NCBI GenBank assembly: GCA_963712745.1
Contig: CAVQJC010000006.1
Location: 96,001 to 160,000 of the forward strand
Length of the DNA: 64,000 nt
Source of the DNA: an uncultured Chloroflexia bacterium
Lineage (GTDB): Bacteria; Chloroflexota; Limnocylindria; Limnocylindrales; CSP1-4
Reading direction: 5' to 3'
The notes beneath the pieces are model-generated. The model did no database searches. It saw only the letters and a program-made list of their open reading frames with translations, and had not been told where the DNA came from. The translations under genes and the position numbers were made by a program. Positions 29,919 to 40,172 of the stretch are shown here, piece by piece. Every line of letters begins with the position of its first letter. Within the stretch, counting starts at the first letter, position 1.

Positions 29919-30668
29919 TCAGGCCTCGGCGGCACGCGCCTCGGCCACGATCTGCTCGAGCCGCGAGTGATGGGCACCGTGCCAGTAGTCACGGCCGCAG
30001 TCGGGGCAGGTACGGAAATCTTCGTACGTGCGACGCGTACCCGGTGGCAGGCGGTACTCGATGGCGGCCTTCTCGACCGCCTCGAGTTGGCCGTTGCAGG
30101 CCGGGCAGCGGCTGAAGGGGTCCAACACGCCGGCCAGCTGGAAGCGGCGCATCACTTCGCGGACCTGCTCGTCTGGGCGGTCGGAGCGCAGCAGGTAGCC
30201 GTGCGTCACCGCCCGGCGTCGCAACAGGAAGCGGTCGCGCGTGAGCAGGATGCGCCGGTCACTGACGGAAACCGCGACCAGCTCATCGTCGGCCGCATCA
30301 GGGGCATAGAGGCAGTCGAGGCCGAGCAGCCGCAAGCGGCGGGTCAGCTTGCCCAGGTGCCCGTCCAGCACGAAGCAGGTCTGACGCAATGGCTCGGGCC
30401 GCAGCCGCAGGATTGGGCTGATGTCGAAGGCCTCGAACACGGGGTACACGCTGATGCGTTCGCCGGCCGCGGGCCGGTACTCGAAGCCGACCGAGCGATC
30501 GTGCGCGAGGATGATCTCGACCTCCGTGTGTGGCACGCCGTACGACTCGATGAGGTCCTTGACGCTCTGGGTAGGCACCGGCCGGTGGTCGATGCGACCG
30601 GAACGGTGGGCCGGCGGAAGCAGGTCGCGCAACTCAGCGTAGAAGCGAAGCCGGATGGGGTGCGTCAC
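29919..30668 (-). CDS. Mut7-C ubiquitin/RNase (PIN-like) domain protein
   Basis: RFYAEL..L, KDLIES.GVPHTEV, FVLDGHLGKL, ILLTRDR, RCPACNG, CPDCGRDYWHG.H. Confidence 0.9.
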   Translation of the reverse strand: MTHPIRLRFYAELRDLLPPAHRSGRIDHRPVPTQSVKDLIESYGVPHTEVEIILAHDRSVGFEYRPAAGERISVYPVFEAFDISPILRLRPEPLRQTCFVLDGHLGKLTRRLRLLGLDCLYAPDAADDELVAVSVSDRRILLTRDRFLLRRRAVTHGYLLRSDRPDEQVREVMRRFQLAGVLDPFSRCPACNGQLEAVEKAAIEYRLPPGTRRTYEDFRTCPDCGRDYWHGAHHSRLEQIVAEARAAEA

Positions 30669-30693
30669 CGAGTTGCCTCCAGCGTGGCTCGGT

Positions 30694-31761
30694 TCAGGCA
30701 GCGGCGATCACCTGCTGCGTCATGCGCCGGGAGACGACCACCACGGCCGGCACGAGCACCACACAGATGGCCAGCGCCACCAGCAGCTGGCCGGCGATGT
30801 CAGCGAGTCCGGCGTCCTGCATGGCGACCTCGAAGATGGGGTTGATGATCCAGTAGGTCGGGAAGATCTGGGCGATCCACTGCGGCCAGTCGGGGAAGAT
30901 GTAGAAGATCACCGGGGCGAAGAGCAGGATGTTGACCGACTTCATGAGCGCGAACAGCGTCTTGGAGTCCTTGGCCCCGCCGCCGAAGAGCAGCCCGATC
31001 TCGGCCAGCATCAGGGCGCCCACGGCCACGCTCAGGAGCAGCGCCGCGGGCTGGGTGCCCAGCGCATCGTTGAGCCAGAGCGTCACCAGCGTCATGAGGA
31101 AGGCCAGCACCAGGCCCATCACGGCCTTGGCGGCCAGCACGTCCACGCCCCGGGCGGGCGAGACCAGCATCGCCGTCATGGTGCCGCTCTCGCGCTCCTG
31201 CACGATGGAGAAGGCCGGCACGAAGACGCCCGCGATGAGCAGCGCGAACAGCACCAGCAACGGCATCATGCGGCTGGACATCGGCAGGAGCGGGTCGCCG
31301 GTGGCAACCACCGCCACCTCGACCGGCGGCGTAACACCTTCGACCACGCGAACCGCGTCGAGCGTGGTGACCGCGAGGATGAGGCGGTTGGAGGCCAGCG
31401 ACTCGCCGCCGACGAAGAACTGCAATGGTGGCTGTTCGCCGGCCCGTACCCGCTCGTCGAAGCCAGCCGGCAGCACCAGGCCGGCATCGAGGTCGTTGTC
31501 CCGGACGAGCTGGGTCAGGGCCTCCTCGTCGTCGACCAGGCGCAGCTCGATACCATCGACAGCGGCCATCTCGGCGGCGACCTGCGAGCCCCCCTCGTCG
31601 ACGATGCCCAGCCGCGGCTGGGGCGCGAAGAGCGAGCCGAAGACGATCTGGACCACGAACGTGCCCACGAGCGGGAAGACGATGGCCCACAGCAAGACCG
31701 GGGAGCGGGGACCCAGGCGCAGGTCCTTCATCAGGACCTGCCAGGCGATACGCAGGTTCAT
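30694..31761 (-). CDS. ABC-2 type exporter permease
   Basis: MNLRIAWQVLMKDL, SIVQERESGT, PTYW; multiple TM helices. Confidence 0.87.
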   Translation of the reverse strand: MNLRIAWQVLMKDLRLGPRSPVLLWAIVFPLVGTFVVQIVFGSLFAPQPRLGIVDEGGSQVAAEMAAVDGIELRLVDDEEALTQLVRDNDLDAGLVLPAGFDERVRAGEQPPLQFFVGGESLASNRLILAVTTLDAVRVVEGVTPPVEVAVVATGDPLLPMSSRMMPLLVLFALLIAGVFVPAFSIVQERESGTMTAMLVSPARGVDVLAAKAVMGLVLAFLMTLVTLWLNDALGTQPAALLLSVAVGALMLAEIGLLFGGGAKDSKTLFALMKSVNILLFAPVIFYIFPDWPQWIAQIFPTYWIINPIFEVAMQDAGLADIAGQLLVALAICVVLVPAVVVVSRRMTQQVIAAA

Positions 31762-32892
31762 AGCGCCTCCAGCCTCCTTCGCAGGATGAACCAGCCGGCA
31801 GCGAAGATGGCCACACACCAGGCCGCGGACATGAGCAGGTAGCCGGCGCTCTCCGCCCAGCCCTGCCCATAGGCAGTGACGCCGACGATGGTCTCGATGA
31901 AGCCGTAGGTCGGCAGCAGCTGCACCCAGCCCGAGGCCGCTCCCGGGAACAGCGCCGCGACGGCGGGCACGGCCATGGGGATGATGAAGACCATGCTGAT
32001 GAAGATGGTGGTCATGAAGTCGCGGCCGGCCGAACCGGCGAGCATGCCGAAGCCGGCGGTCATGACTGAGCCGATGAGCAGGGCCAGGACCAGCAGCAGC
32101 GGCTCGAAGCCGAAGGCGCCGACCAGCAGCAGCACCAGCCCGGCCTGGCTGAAGGCCAGCAGCGTGCCGGTCAGGCCCTTGGCGCTGAGCAGGTCACCCA
32201 CGCTGGCGGGCGAGGCGATGATGGCCTTGGCCGTGCGCGTCTGGATCTCGACGGCCACGAGGCCGGCCAGCGCCATCGACTCCACCAGCAGCACCATCAC
32301 CGCGATCAGCGGCGTCATCCGCTCCTGCGGAGAGATCTGCGCGCCGACGCGGTCCTCACCGACCACGATGAGCTCCTGCTCGGGCTGGGACACGGGCAGG
32401 TCCACGCCGGCCATGGCGTAGGTGGCCTCGCGCACGAAGGCGCTCATGGCCGTCTGCACCTCGGCGGGCACGGCGGCGTCGACGTAGATGGTCACGGTGG
32501 CGGGTTCGCCGGCCGTCAGCGACCGGGCCAGCTCGTCGGGGAAGGCCAGGCCGATGGCGACGCTGTGCTTGGCGCCGTCGACCTCGACCTCGGTGCCCTC
32601 GTGCGACCGCCGCCTCGAGCGCCTCCGGGCTGTCGAAGGGCAGCACGCGCAGTCCTTGATCGGCGCTGACGGCGTCGGTCTCGAAGGCCTCAGCCAACGA
32701 GCCCGTGAGGCCGCGGGCGTAGACACCCACGTTGATCGACTCGTCGACCGTGCTCGGCAGCAGCCACAGGATGCCCACGTAGAACACGAGCATCAGGGGC
32801 GTGAGCACCATCCACAGCCGGTCGCGACTGAACTCGCGCAGGTCCTTGGCCACGATCGCGCGGACGATCGAGGCGCGTCGTGAGAGGGTCAT
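31758..32892 (-). CDS. ABC-2 type exporter permease (frameshift near 32600)
   Basis: N-terminus AIVAKDLREFSRDR in one frame; C-terminus LVAVEIQTRT...LPTY in the 31758 frame. Confidence 0.82.
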
Positions 32893-33794
32893 GCTTCCAG
32901 CGTCCGACCCGTCATCTCCACGAAGATGTTCTCGAGGGTCGACTCCTCGGTATGGATGGTCATGAGCCCTTCGTCGGCGACCGCCTGGCGCAGCAGCTCG
33001 CCGGCCTCAGGGTCATCGAGCGCCAGCGACTCCTCACGCACCCCGGCGCCGTCACGACGGCGCACCTTCACCGACCGCTGGCCATGCTGGAGCTTGAGGT
33101 TCTCGGGCGTGTCGATGGCGTAGATCTGACCCTCGTTGATGAAGGCGACGCGGTGGCTGAGCTCGTCCGCTTCCCACATGTCGTGGGTCGTCAGCAGCAC
33201 GGCTGCACCGCGCTCGGCCTCCTCGCGGATGATGGCGCGGATGGCCTTGGACGAGACCGGGTCGAGGCCGTCCGTGGGCTCGTCGAGGAACAGCACCGCG
33301 GGCTGGTGCAGGATCGAGCGTGCCACCATCAGGCGCTGGCGCATGCCCTTCGAATAGGAGCCCACGCGGTCTTTCGCGCGGTCGGCCAGGCCGACGCGCT
33401 TGAGGAGGGCACCGGTGTCTACGTCTCTGACGCCGTAGAGGGAACCAAAGAAGCGCAGGTTCTCCTCGCCTGACATGGCGTCGTAGAGGTTCTTCTCTTC
33501 GAAGCAGACACCGATCTGGCCCTGTGTCACCGGGTCGTCTCGACCCACATCACGGCCCAGGATGCGCACGCTCCCGCTCTTGGGCTGCAGCTGGCCGGTG
33601 AGCATCTTGATAGTGGTCGTCTTGCCTGCGCCGTTGGGGCCCAGGAAGCCGAAGATCTCGCCGGGCGCGATGTCGAAGCTGATGCCGCGCACAGCTTCGA
33701 TCTCACCGTAGCTGAAGCGCAGGTCCTCGGCGCTGATAGATGCCCTGTCGGCATCGCTCATGGCGCCCCCGGCCGCCGTGGTGGACTGGGTCAT
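32889..33794 (-). CDS. ABC exporter ATP-binding protein
   Basis: GPNGAGKTT, YSKGMRQRL, LDEPTDGLDP, LTTHDM; GGGAGG before ATG 33794. Confidence 0.93.
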   Translation of the reverse strand: MTQSTTAAGGAMSDADRASISAEDLRFSYGEIEAVRGISFDIAPGEIFGFLGPNGAGKTTTIKMLTGQLQPKSGSVRILGRDVGRDDPVTQGQIGVCFEEKNLYDAMSGEENLRFFGSLYGVRDVDTGALLKRVGLADRAKDRVGSYSKGMRQRLMVARSILHQPAVLFLDEPTDGLDPVSSKAIRAIIREEAERGAAVLLTTHDMWEADELSHRVAFINEGQIYAIDTPENLKLQHGQRSVKVRRRDGAGVREESLALDDPEAGELLRQAVADEGLMTIHTEESTLENIFVEMTGRTLEA

Positions 33795-33923
33795 GGGTCC
33801 TCCCTTCAGGGGGTCCATGTATCACGCTAGGGCTCGGGCTTCGCGACACCTAGTGCCATCAGGACCGACCGGGGCGGGTCGAAGGACGAGACCGGCAGGA
33901 CCCCGAAGGGCTAGTGTTGAAGG

Positions 33924-34793
33924 ATGGACAGCACGCAGCAGATGGCGGATTGGTTCGGCCAGAACATCGTGCTCCTGCTCATCGTGGCTGCCGGCATGGT
34001 CATCCTCTATGCATACTCGGGCCCCATCGTCGACCGCATCGTACGCAGCACGCTGCGCGCCGCCGAGGGTGGATTCGAGGACGAGGGCGTCAAGGCCGCT
34101 GAGCTGGAGAAGCGCTCTGCGACCATCGTGTCGCTGGCGACCACCCTGCTGCGCCTGGGCATCTTCGGCGTGGGCCTGCTCATCTTCGTCGGCCTCACCG
34201 GCGGCGCCTGGCTGCTGGTCATCATCGGTCTCTTCATCGCCGGCATGGCCATCGCCGGCCAGTCGATCGTGCTCGACTACCTCATGGGCGTCCTCATCAT
34301 CGTCGAGGGCCAGTTCTTCCAGGGCGACAACATCGAGCTGGGTGGCGTGCCCTGGAAGGGCACGGTCGAGAGCGTGGGCCTGCGCCGCACCGTTGTGCGG
34401 GACGTGGACGGCACGGTCTACTCCATCTCCAACGGTGAGATGCGCCTGGTCGCCAACCGGACGCGGATCTTCGCGGCGGCCGAGGTGCGTGTGCGCGGCA
34501 TCCGCCAGGGAGACCTGGGCACCGTGCGGGCGGTCATGGAGCAGGTGGGCAGAGCCGTCGCGGCCGAGCCCGAGTTCGCCGACTCGATCATCGAAGCGCC
34601 CCGGCTCACCTTCGTAGACGAGGCGGACGATCTCGGCAGCGTCGCGGTCATGCGCGGGAAGGTCGTGGCCGCCGATCGTTGGCGTATCGCGACAGAGATC
34701 AGCATGCGGCTCGACGAGGCCCTCGTGGCCGGGGGCGTGGAGCTCAATCGCAAGGCCCTGCCCAACGGCCTGCCCGGGCGCCGCGACGCCTGA
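33924..34793 (+). CDS. Small-conductance mechanosensitive channel (MscS family)
   Basis: Three TM helices, GQSIVLDYLMG...GDNIE...GTVESVGLRRT..RD.DG...ISNG. Confidence 0.87.
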   Translation: MDSTQQMADWFGQNIVLLLIVAAGMVILYAYSGPIVDRIVRSTLRAAEGGFEDEGVKAAELEKRSATIVSLATTLLRLGIFGVGLLIFVGLTGGAWLLVIIGLFIAGMAIAGQSIVLDYLMGVLIIVEGQFFQGDNIELGGVPWKGTVESVGLRRTVVRDVDGTVYSISNGEMRLVANRTRIFAAAEVRVRGIRQGDLGTVRAVMEQVGRAVAAEPEFADSIIEAPRLTFVDEADDLGSVAVMRGKVVAADRWRIATEISMRLDEALVAGGVELNRKALPNGLPGRRDA

Positions 34794-34817
34794 GTGGAGA
34801 CGCTCGACGTGTGGCAC

Positions 34818-34854
34818 TTGACGCTGGAGAGGCTTCGTGGCTACATATGGCCAT
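34818..34854 (+). promoter_or_regulatory. vapBC promoter/operator: -35 TTGACG and two tandem 8-bp palindromes
   Basis: TTGACG 34818-34823; GTGGCTAC 34837-34844 (imperfect) and ATGGCCAT 34847-34854 (perfect), 10 bp apart, over the antitoxin start. Confidence 0.5.
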
Positions 34855-35110
34855 GAAGAGCGTCAAGATCGCCGAGCTGAAGGACCACCTCTCCCGGCAT
34901 CTGCGTGCGGTCGAGGCAGGTGAAGAGATCACCGTGACCGATCGCAACCGGCCCATCGCGCGCATCGTGCCTGTGAAGCCGCCCCCGGCAAACGTGACAC
35001 TCATCCCGGCCAGGGGCGACTTCGCCGATGTCCGCGATCGCCCACGCACACCTGCAAGCTGGACTGTCTCCTCGACCGAGTTGCTGCTCGAGGAGCGACG
35101 CGAGGATTGA
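34853..35110 (+). CDS. Phd/YefM-family antitoxin
   Basis: MKSVKIAELKDHLSRHLRAVEAGEEITVTDRNRPIARIVP; alternative start at 34847. Confidence 0.9.
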   Translation: MKSVKIAELKDHLSRHLRAVEAGEEITVTDRNRPIARIVPVKPPPANVTLIPARGDFADVRDRPRTPASWTVSSTELLLEERRED

Positions 35111-35517
35111 ACGGGTACATCGACAGTTCTGTCGTCCTGCGGGTGGTCCTCAACGAGCCGCGCGCGCTCGAGTCGTGGCCCGAGGTCAGCCGGCCCTTCG
35201 CGAGTGAGTTGATCACCACCGAGTGCCTGCGCACCGTCGACCGTGCACGACTGCGTCTCTCCCTGGAAGAGTCCGAAGTCGCGCGTCTCCGCTCGGAGAT
35301 CCTCGAGTTGCTCGACCGGTTCACGCTGGTCCGCCTGGATGACGTGATCCTGGCGCGGGCGAGTGAGCCCTTCCCCACGCTGGTCGGCACGCTCGATGCT
35401 ATCCACCTCGCGAGTGCCAGCTATCTCCGCCGGGACGTCGAGGACCTGGCCTTTGCCACCCATGACGGGGAGCTCGCCTTGGCCGCTACAGCCCTGGGCT
35501 TCGAGCTGCTGGCATGA
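35107..35517 (+). CDS. vapC: VapC-family PIN-domain toxin
   Basis: YIDSSV, TTEC, TLDAIHLASA, FATHD acidic PIN residues; TTGA overlap with the antitoxin. Confidence 0.88.
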   Translation: MNGYIDSSVVLRVVLNEPRALESWPEVSRPFASELITTECLRTVDRARLRLSLEESEVARLRSEILELLDRFTLVRLDDVILARASEPFPTLVGTLDAIHLASASYLRRDVEDLAFATHDGELALAATALGFELLA

Positions 35518-38402
35518 CCGTCGCCGAGCGGCCCGCCGGCATGGTCGCCGAGGCAGGGGTCGAGGAACGCCTGCGCGAGATCCTCGGCCATCGCGTCCGA
35601 TCCGACCTCGGAGTTCGCGCCCTCTACACTTCGGACGCCTCGCTCTACCGCGTCCTCCCGAGCCTGGTGGTGGAACCGGCTGACCTGGACGAGCTGAGCG
35701 CGGTGGTACGCATCTGCGGCGAGACCGGCACCCCGCTGACCATGCGGGGCGCCGGCACCAGCATCGCCGGCAACGCGCTGGGAGCGGGTGTGGTCGTCGC
35801 CACCCGTTCCCTCGCGCGCATCGTGAAACTGGACGCCGAAGCCGGCTACGCGGTAGTCGAACCGGGTGTCGTGCTCGACGACCTCAACGCCACGGCTGCG
35901 CCGTTCGGCCTGCGCGTGGGCCCGGACCCCTCCACGCACAGCCGCTGCACCATCGGCGGGATGGTCGGCAATAACGCCTGCGGCTCGCACTCTGTCAGCT
36001 GGGGCACCACCGCCCAGAACGTCCTCGGGCTCGACCTCATCCGCTCCGACGGCTCGCGGGTGCGACTGACCAGCCCCGGCGCACCGGAGCGACCGGCCGA
36101 CCCCGACTGGCCCTCGCTGGACGGTCCCCTCGCCTACGAGCTGCGCGCCTTCACCGCTGCCAACGAGGAGCTCATCCGTCGCGAGCTACCCCCCTGGCCA
36201 AGGCGCGTCTCCGGCTACGCGCTCGACTGGCTGCTGCCGGAGCACGGCCCCGACCACGCCAAGGCCATGGCCGGCACCGAGGGCACGTGTGCGGTCCTGG
36301 CGCGTGCGACCGTGCGCCTGGTGCGCCCGCCGACGACCAGGGCTCTGCTCGTGCTCGGCTTCGACGACGACATCGAGGGCGCGAACGCGGTTCCGGCATT
36401 GCTGACCGCCGAGCCGTTCACCGTGGAGTCGCTATCGGCGGAGCTGCTGGCCCTGGCCCACGCTGGAGCGGAGGACGTGGGACTGCCCCAGGGCGGCGCC
36501 TGGTTGATGGTCGAAGCCAGGGCCGAGAACGCGGCTGGAGCTCGTGAGCATGGCGAACGACTGGCCATGGCCATCGGCCGCACGCTGGACGCGCCGGACG
36601 TCCGCCTCATCGAGGAGGCGAGCGCGCAGGCGGCGTTGTGGCAGATCCGCGAGGACGGTGCCGGACACTCGGCCCGACTGGCCGACGGCACCCGTGCCTG
36701 GCCCGGCTTCGAGGACTCGGCCGTGCCTCCCGAGCGGCTTGGCGGGTACCTCACGGATCTGCGCGCGCTGCTGGCCGAGCACGACATGCAGGCCATCAGC
36801 TACGGCCACTACGGCGAGGGCTGCATCCACTTGCGTGTCGGCTTCGGGCTGGCGGAGCCGGGCGGGACCGATCGGTTCGCCCGCTTCATGTCCGATGCGG
36901 CCGACCTGGTCGTGCGCCACGGCGGCTCACTCTCAGGTGAGCACGGCGACGGACGCGCGCGCGGGCCGCTGCTGGAGCGGCAGTTCAGTCCGGCCATGCT
37001 GGAAGTCTTCGCCGCCTTTCGGCGGACCTGGGATCCGAGCGGCGTACTCAATCCTTCGGTCATCGTCGATCCGCCGGCGGTCACGGACGACCTCCGCATC
37101 ACCACACCGACGCGACTGTCCACGGGGACCGTGCAGGCATATGCCCAGGACGGCGGGGACTTCCGCTCGGCGGTCGAACGATGCATCGGTGTGGGTCGCT
37201 GTGTCTCGACCCAGGGCTCGGCGCTGATGTGCCCCTCCTTCCGCGCCACCCGCGACGAGCAGCACTCGACGCGCGGTCGGGCCCGGCTGCTGCAGGAGAT
37301 GGTCTCCGGCAGTCTTGCCGACGATGGCTGGCGCTCCACGGAGGTGCGTGACGCCCTCGACCTATGTCTCTCCTGCCGGGGCTGCGTGTCGGAGTGCCCC
37401 ACGAGCGTGGACATGGCTGCCTACAAGGCCGAGTTCCTCGACCAGCACTACCGGCGCCGGCTGCGCCCCCTCTCGCACTACTCCCTGGGTTGGCTGCCGT
37501 TGTGGCTGAAGCTGACCGCACGCGTGCCCTGGCTGGTCAACCTCGTCACTCGCTCGCGCCTGACCCGCCGGCCCTTCACCCGGGCGGCCGGCATCGCTCC
37601 CTCTCGCGGCATCCCCCCGATCGCGCGCCGCACGTTCACGCGCGACTGGCGGCCCCGGACGCGTGATGGTGAGGCTCCGAACGGTCGAGTCGTCCTCTGG
37701 CCGGACACGTACAACGACCACCTCACGCCGGAGGTGTCGCACGACGCGGTGCGGGTGCTGGAGGCTGCGGGGTACGAGGTGGTCGTACCGGAGCGCTGGG
37801 TCTGCTGCGGCCTGACCTGGCATACGACGGGCCAGCTGGGCACGGCCAGGCGAGTGCTTCGGCGCTCGTTGGCCACGCCCGAGCTCGGAGGCGACGAGCC
37901 GGTGCTTGTGCTCGAGCCGTCCTGTGCAACCATGCTCCGCTCGGACCTGCCGGAGCTGCTGCCCGACGACCCGCGCGCCGCTCGCCTGGCCCGGCGGGTG
38001 ACGACACTGGCGGAGCTCCTCGACCGCGTCGAGTGGGTGGCGCCGGTCCCGGCGCGCGATACTCCGCCGGCCATCGCCCAGCCACACTGCCACCAGCAGG
38101 CGGTGCTGGGCCTCGAGGCCGACCGCCGCGTGTGCGAGCGCAACGGCATCGAGATCGGGGAGGAGCTCAGCGGCTGCTGCGGCCTGGCTGGCAACTTCGG
38201 TGCCGAGGCCGGGCACGAGGAAGTCAGCCAGAAGGTGGCCGAGCTGTCGCTGGTTCCAGCACTGGAGGCGGACCCTGGGGCGCCGCTGCTGGCCGACGGC
38301 TTCAGCTGCCGGACCCAGATCGAATCGCTCTCCGGCCGCCGGGCTCGTCACCTCGCCGAGGTGCTCGCGGAACGCCTCCCGCCTGCCGACCCCAAGGAGT
38401 AG
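35514..38402 (+). CDS. FAD-binding + (4Fe-4S) + CCG-domain oxidoreductase (GlcD/GlcF-like fusion)
   Basis: RGAGTSIAG, GPDPST..RCTIGGMVGNNACG, SGEHGDG, CIGVGRC, CLSCRGCVSECP, CCG motifs, DGFSCRTQ. Confidence 0.92.
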   Translation: MTVAERPAGMVAEAGVEERLREILGHRVRSDLGVRALYTSDASLYRVLPSLVVEPADLDELSAVVRICGETGTPLTMRGAGTSIAGNALGAGVVVATRSLARIVKLDAEAGYAVVEPGVVLDDLNATAAPFGLRVGPDPSTHSRCTIGGMVGNNACGSHSVSWGTTAQNVLGLDLIRSDGSRVRLTSPGAPERPADPDWPSLDGPLAYELRAFTAANEELIRRELPPWPRRVSGYALDWLLPEHGPDHAKAMAGTEGTCAVLARATVRLVRPPTTRALLVLGFDDDIEGANAVPALLTAEPFTVESLSAELLALAHAGAEDVGLPQGGAWLMVEARAENAAGAREHGERLAMAIGRTLDAPDVRLIEEASAQAALWQIREDGAGHSARLADGTRAWPGFEDSAVPPERLGGYLTDLRALLAEHDMQAISYGHYGEGCIHLRVGFGLAEPGGTDRFARFMSDAADLVVRHGGSLSGEHGDGRARGPLLERQFSPAMLEVFAAFRRTWDPSGVLNPSVIVDPPAVTDDLRITTPTRLSTGTVQAYAQDGGDFRSAVERCIGVGRCVSTQGSALMCPSFRATRDEQHSTRGRARLLQEMVSGSLADDGWRSTEVRDALDLCLSCRGCVSECPTSVDMAAYKAEFLDQHYRRRLRPLSHYSLGWLPLWLKLTARVPWLVNLVTRSRLTRRPFTRAAGIAPSRGIPPIARRTFTRDWRPRTRDGEAPNGRVVLWPDTYNDHLTPEVSHDAVRVLEAAGYEVVVPERWVCCGLTWHTTGQLGTARRVLRRSLATPELGGDEPVLVLEPSCATMLRSDLPELLPDDPRAARLARRVTTLAELLDRVEWVAPVPARDTPPAIAQPHCHQQAVLGLEADRRVCERNGIEIGEELSGCCGLAGNFGAEAGHEEVSQKVAELSLVPALEADPGAPLLADGFSCRTQIESLSGRRARHLAEVLAERLPPADPKE

Positions 38403-38406
38403 CCAC

Positions 38407-38901
38407 GTGAACCTCGAGCGCGCCCTGGTCCCGCTGGCCATCGTCGTCGGCGTCGTCGCCCTCGCCGTCTGGCTGCTGCTCGTCAATGACGTCGGCCTCG
38501 GCCCGTGGCTCCTGGCCGTGCTCGTCTTCGGCCACGGCTGGGTCCATCTCATGTTCGTCTTCCCCAAGCCGGCGAACGCCAGGCCCTATGCCGGCACCAG
38601 CGAGTATCCCTTCGACTTCGGGCGCTCGTGGCTCATCCGCCGGGCAGGGCTGGAGGCGGGCCTCGTGCGCACCATCGGCCTCGCGCTCATGGCCGTCGTC
38701 TTCGTGCTCAGCCTGCTGGCCGCGCTCTCGACCGTCGGACTGCTGGTGCCCACCGACTGGTGGGCCGGGCTGATGATGGCGGCCGCGGTGGCCTCCACGC
38801 TGATGCTGGCGCTCTTCTACTCGCCCGCGCTCGTCCTCGGCTTCTTCATCAACGCCCTGATGGTGGCGCTGGTGGTGAGCGGCTCGTGGAGCCCGAGCTA
38901 G
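38407..38901 (+). CDS. Hypothetical membrane protein
   Basis: GTG after AAGGAG; several TM helices, HGWVH and SWL motifs. Confidence 0.7.
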   Translation: MNLERALVPLAIVVGVVALAVWLLLVNDVGLGPWLLAVLVFGHGWVHLMFVFPKPANARPYAGTSEYPFDFGRSWLIRRAGLEAGLVRTIGLALMAVVFVLSLLAALSTVGLLVPTDWWAGLMMAAAVASTLMLALFYSPALVLGFFINALMVALVVSGSWSPS

Positions 38902-39035
38902 CCGCGGGCCCATCGCCTGACCTTGCGACCGTCTCACTACACGAGCCGATCGACGATCGGCCACGCCTGGCCCGCGCGCCCGGGTAACATCCACTCTCCG
39001 ACCGCTCCAGCCATCGCAGAGGGATCTAGAGCGCT

Positions 39036-40145
39036 ATGCCCCTGGTCGCCCACAACGCGCTGCCCACCTTCGAGCGCCTACGTGCCGAAGGCGAGGACGT
39101 GCTTACCGTCGAGCGTGCCAAGCACCAGGACATCCGCGAGCTGCACGTGGGCCTGCTCAACATGATGCCGGACGCAGCCCTGCTGGTGACCGAGAAGCAG
39201 TACATGCGCCTCATCGGCGCCTGCAACCGCATCACCCAGATCTACGTCTACCCCTTCAGCGTGCCCGGGCTGGCTCGCAGCGAGGCGGCACTGGCTCACA
39301 TCGACGCCTTCTACTCCGACTACGACGAACTCAAGGCCCGCGGCCTGGACGCGCTCATCATCAGCGGCGCCAACGTGACCAACCCCTCCATCGACCTGGA
39401 ACCGTTCTGGCAGCCTCTGCAGGAGGTCATCGAGTGGGCGGCCGAGAACGTCACCAGCATCCTCTGCTCCTGCCTCGCCACGCACGCCCTGGTGAAGCAC
39501 CTCTACGGCCTCGACCGCGAGCCCTTCGGCGAGAAGCTGTGGGGCGTCTATCGCCACCGCGTCTGCGACCGTGAGCACCCGCTGACCCAGGACGTCAACA
39601 CCGCCTTCGACGCGCCGCACTCGCGCTGGAACGACATCCCGCGTGCAAAGTGGGACAGCGCCGGGCTACGGGTGCTGGCTGAGTGCGAGCGCGCCGGCGT
39701 GCATCTCGCCACCAGCGCCGACGGTTTCCGCATCGTCTACTTCCAGGGGCACCCCGAGTACGACCGCAACCGCCTGCTGAAGGAGTACAAGCGGGAGGTC
39801 GGACGCTTCCTCGCCGGTGAGCTCGAATCGCCGCCGCCGTATCCTGAGCACTACCTGACGCCAGAAGCCGACCATCTGGCACAGACCTATCTCCGCGATG
39901 CCCTCGCCGCCCAGGCCCATGGCGAAGCCGAACCGGAGTTCCCGGAGACGTCGTTCGACGCATACCTGGACAACACCTGGGGGGACACGGGCCGCGCACT
40001 CTTCAACAACTGGCTGGGGCTGGTCTACCAGCTCACCGGCCTCGATCGCCACGAGCCGTTCATGCCCGGTATCGATCCCGCACGATCCGCTGGGCCTCGG
40101 CCGCCACGCCGGACCCACGCAGCAGGCGACCTGAGGCCACCATAG
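39036..40145 (+). CDS. metA: Homoserine O-acyltransferase, MetA family (probable frameshift near 40080 alters the last residues)
   Basis: QDIRELHVGLLNMMPD, GLDALIISGAN, CSCLA (catalytic Cys), PHSRWND, QGHPEYD, FNNWL. Confidence 0.9.
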   Translation: MPLVAHNALPTFERLRAEGEDVLTVERAKHQDIRELHVGLLNMMPDAALLVTEKQYMRLIGACNRITQIYVYPFSVPGLARSEAALAHIDAFYSDYDELKARGLDALIISGANVTNPSIDLEPFWQPLQEVIEWAAENVTSILCSCLATHALVKHLYGLDREPFGEKLWGVYRHRVCDREHPLTQDVNTAFDAPHSRWNDIPRAKWDSAGLRVLAECERAGVHLATSADGFRIVYFQGHPEYDRNRLLKEYKREVGRFLAGELESPPPYPEHYLTPEADHLAQTYLRDALAAQAHGEAEPEFPETSFDAYLDNTWGDTGRALFNNWLGLVYQLTGLDRHEPFMPGIDPARSAGPRPPRRTHAAGDLRPP

Positions 40146-40172
40146 CCCAGACAGGAGCAGGAGAACCCCCCG

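Noticed and set aside
29919-35517. Anti-phage defence island (Mut7-C RNase plus vapBC)
   Set aside because: Both are common stand-alone chromosomal genes, separated by ABC exporter and MscS genes; no other defence or mobility genes are present.
38902-39035. SAM riboswitch or T-box upstream of metA-metY
   Set aside because: I could not recognise SAM-I/IV core or T-box motifs; an Rfam cmscan would be decisive.
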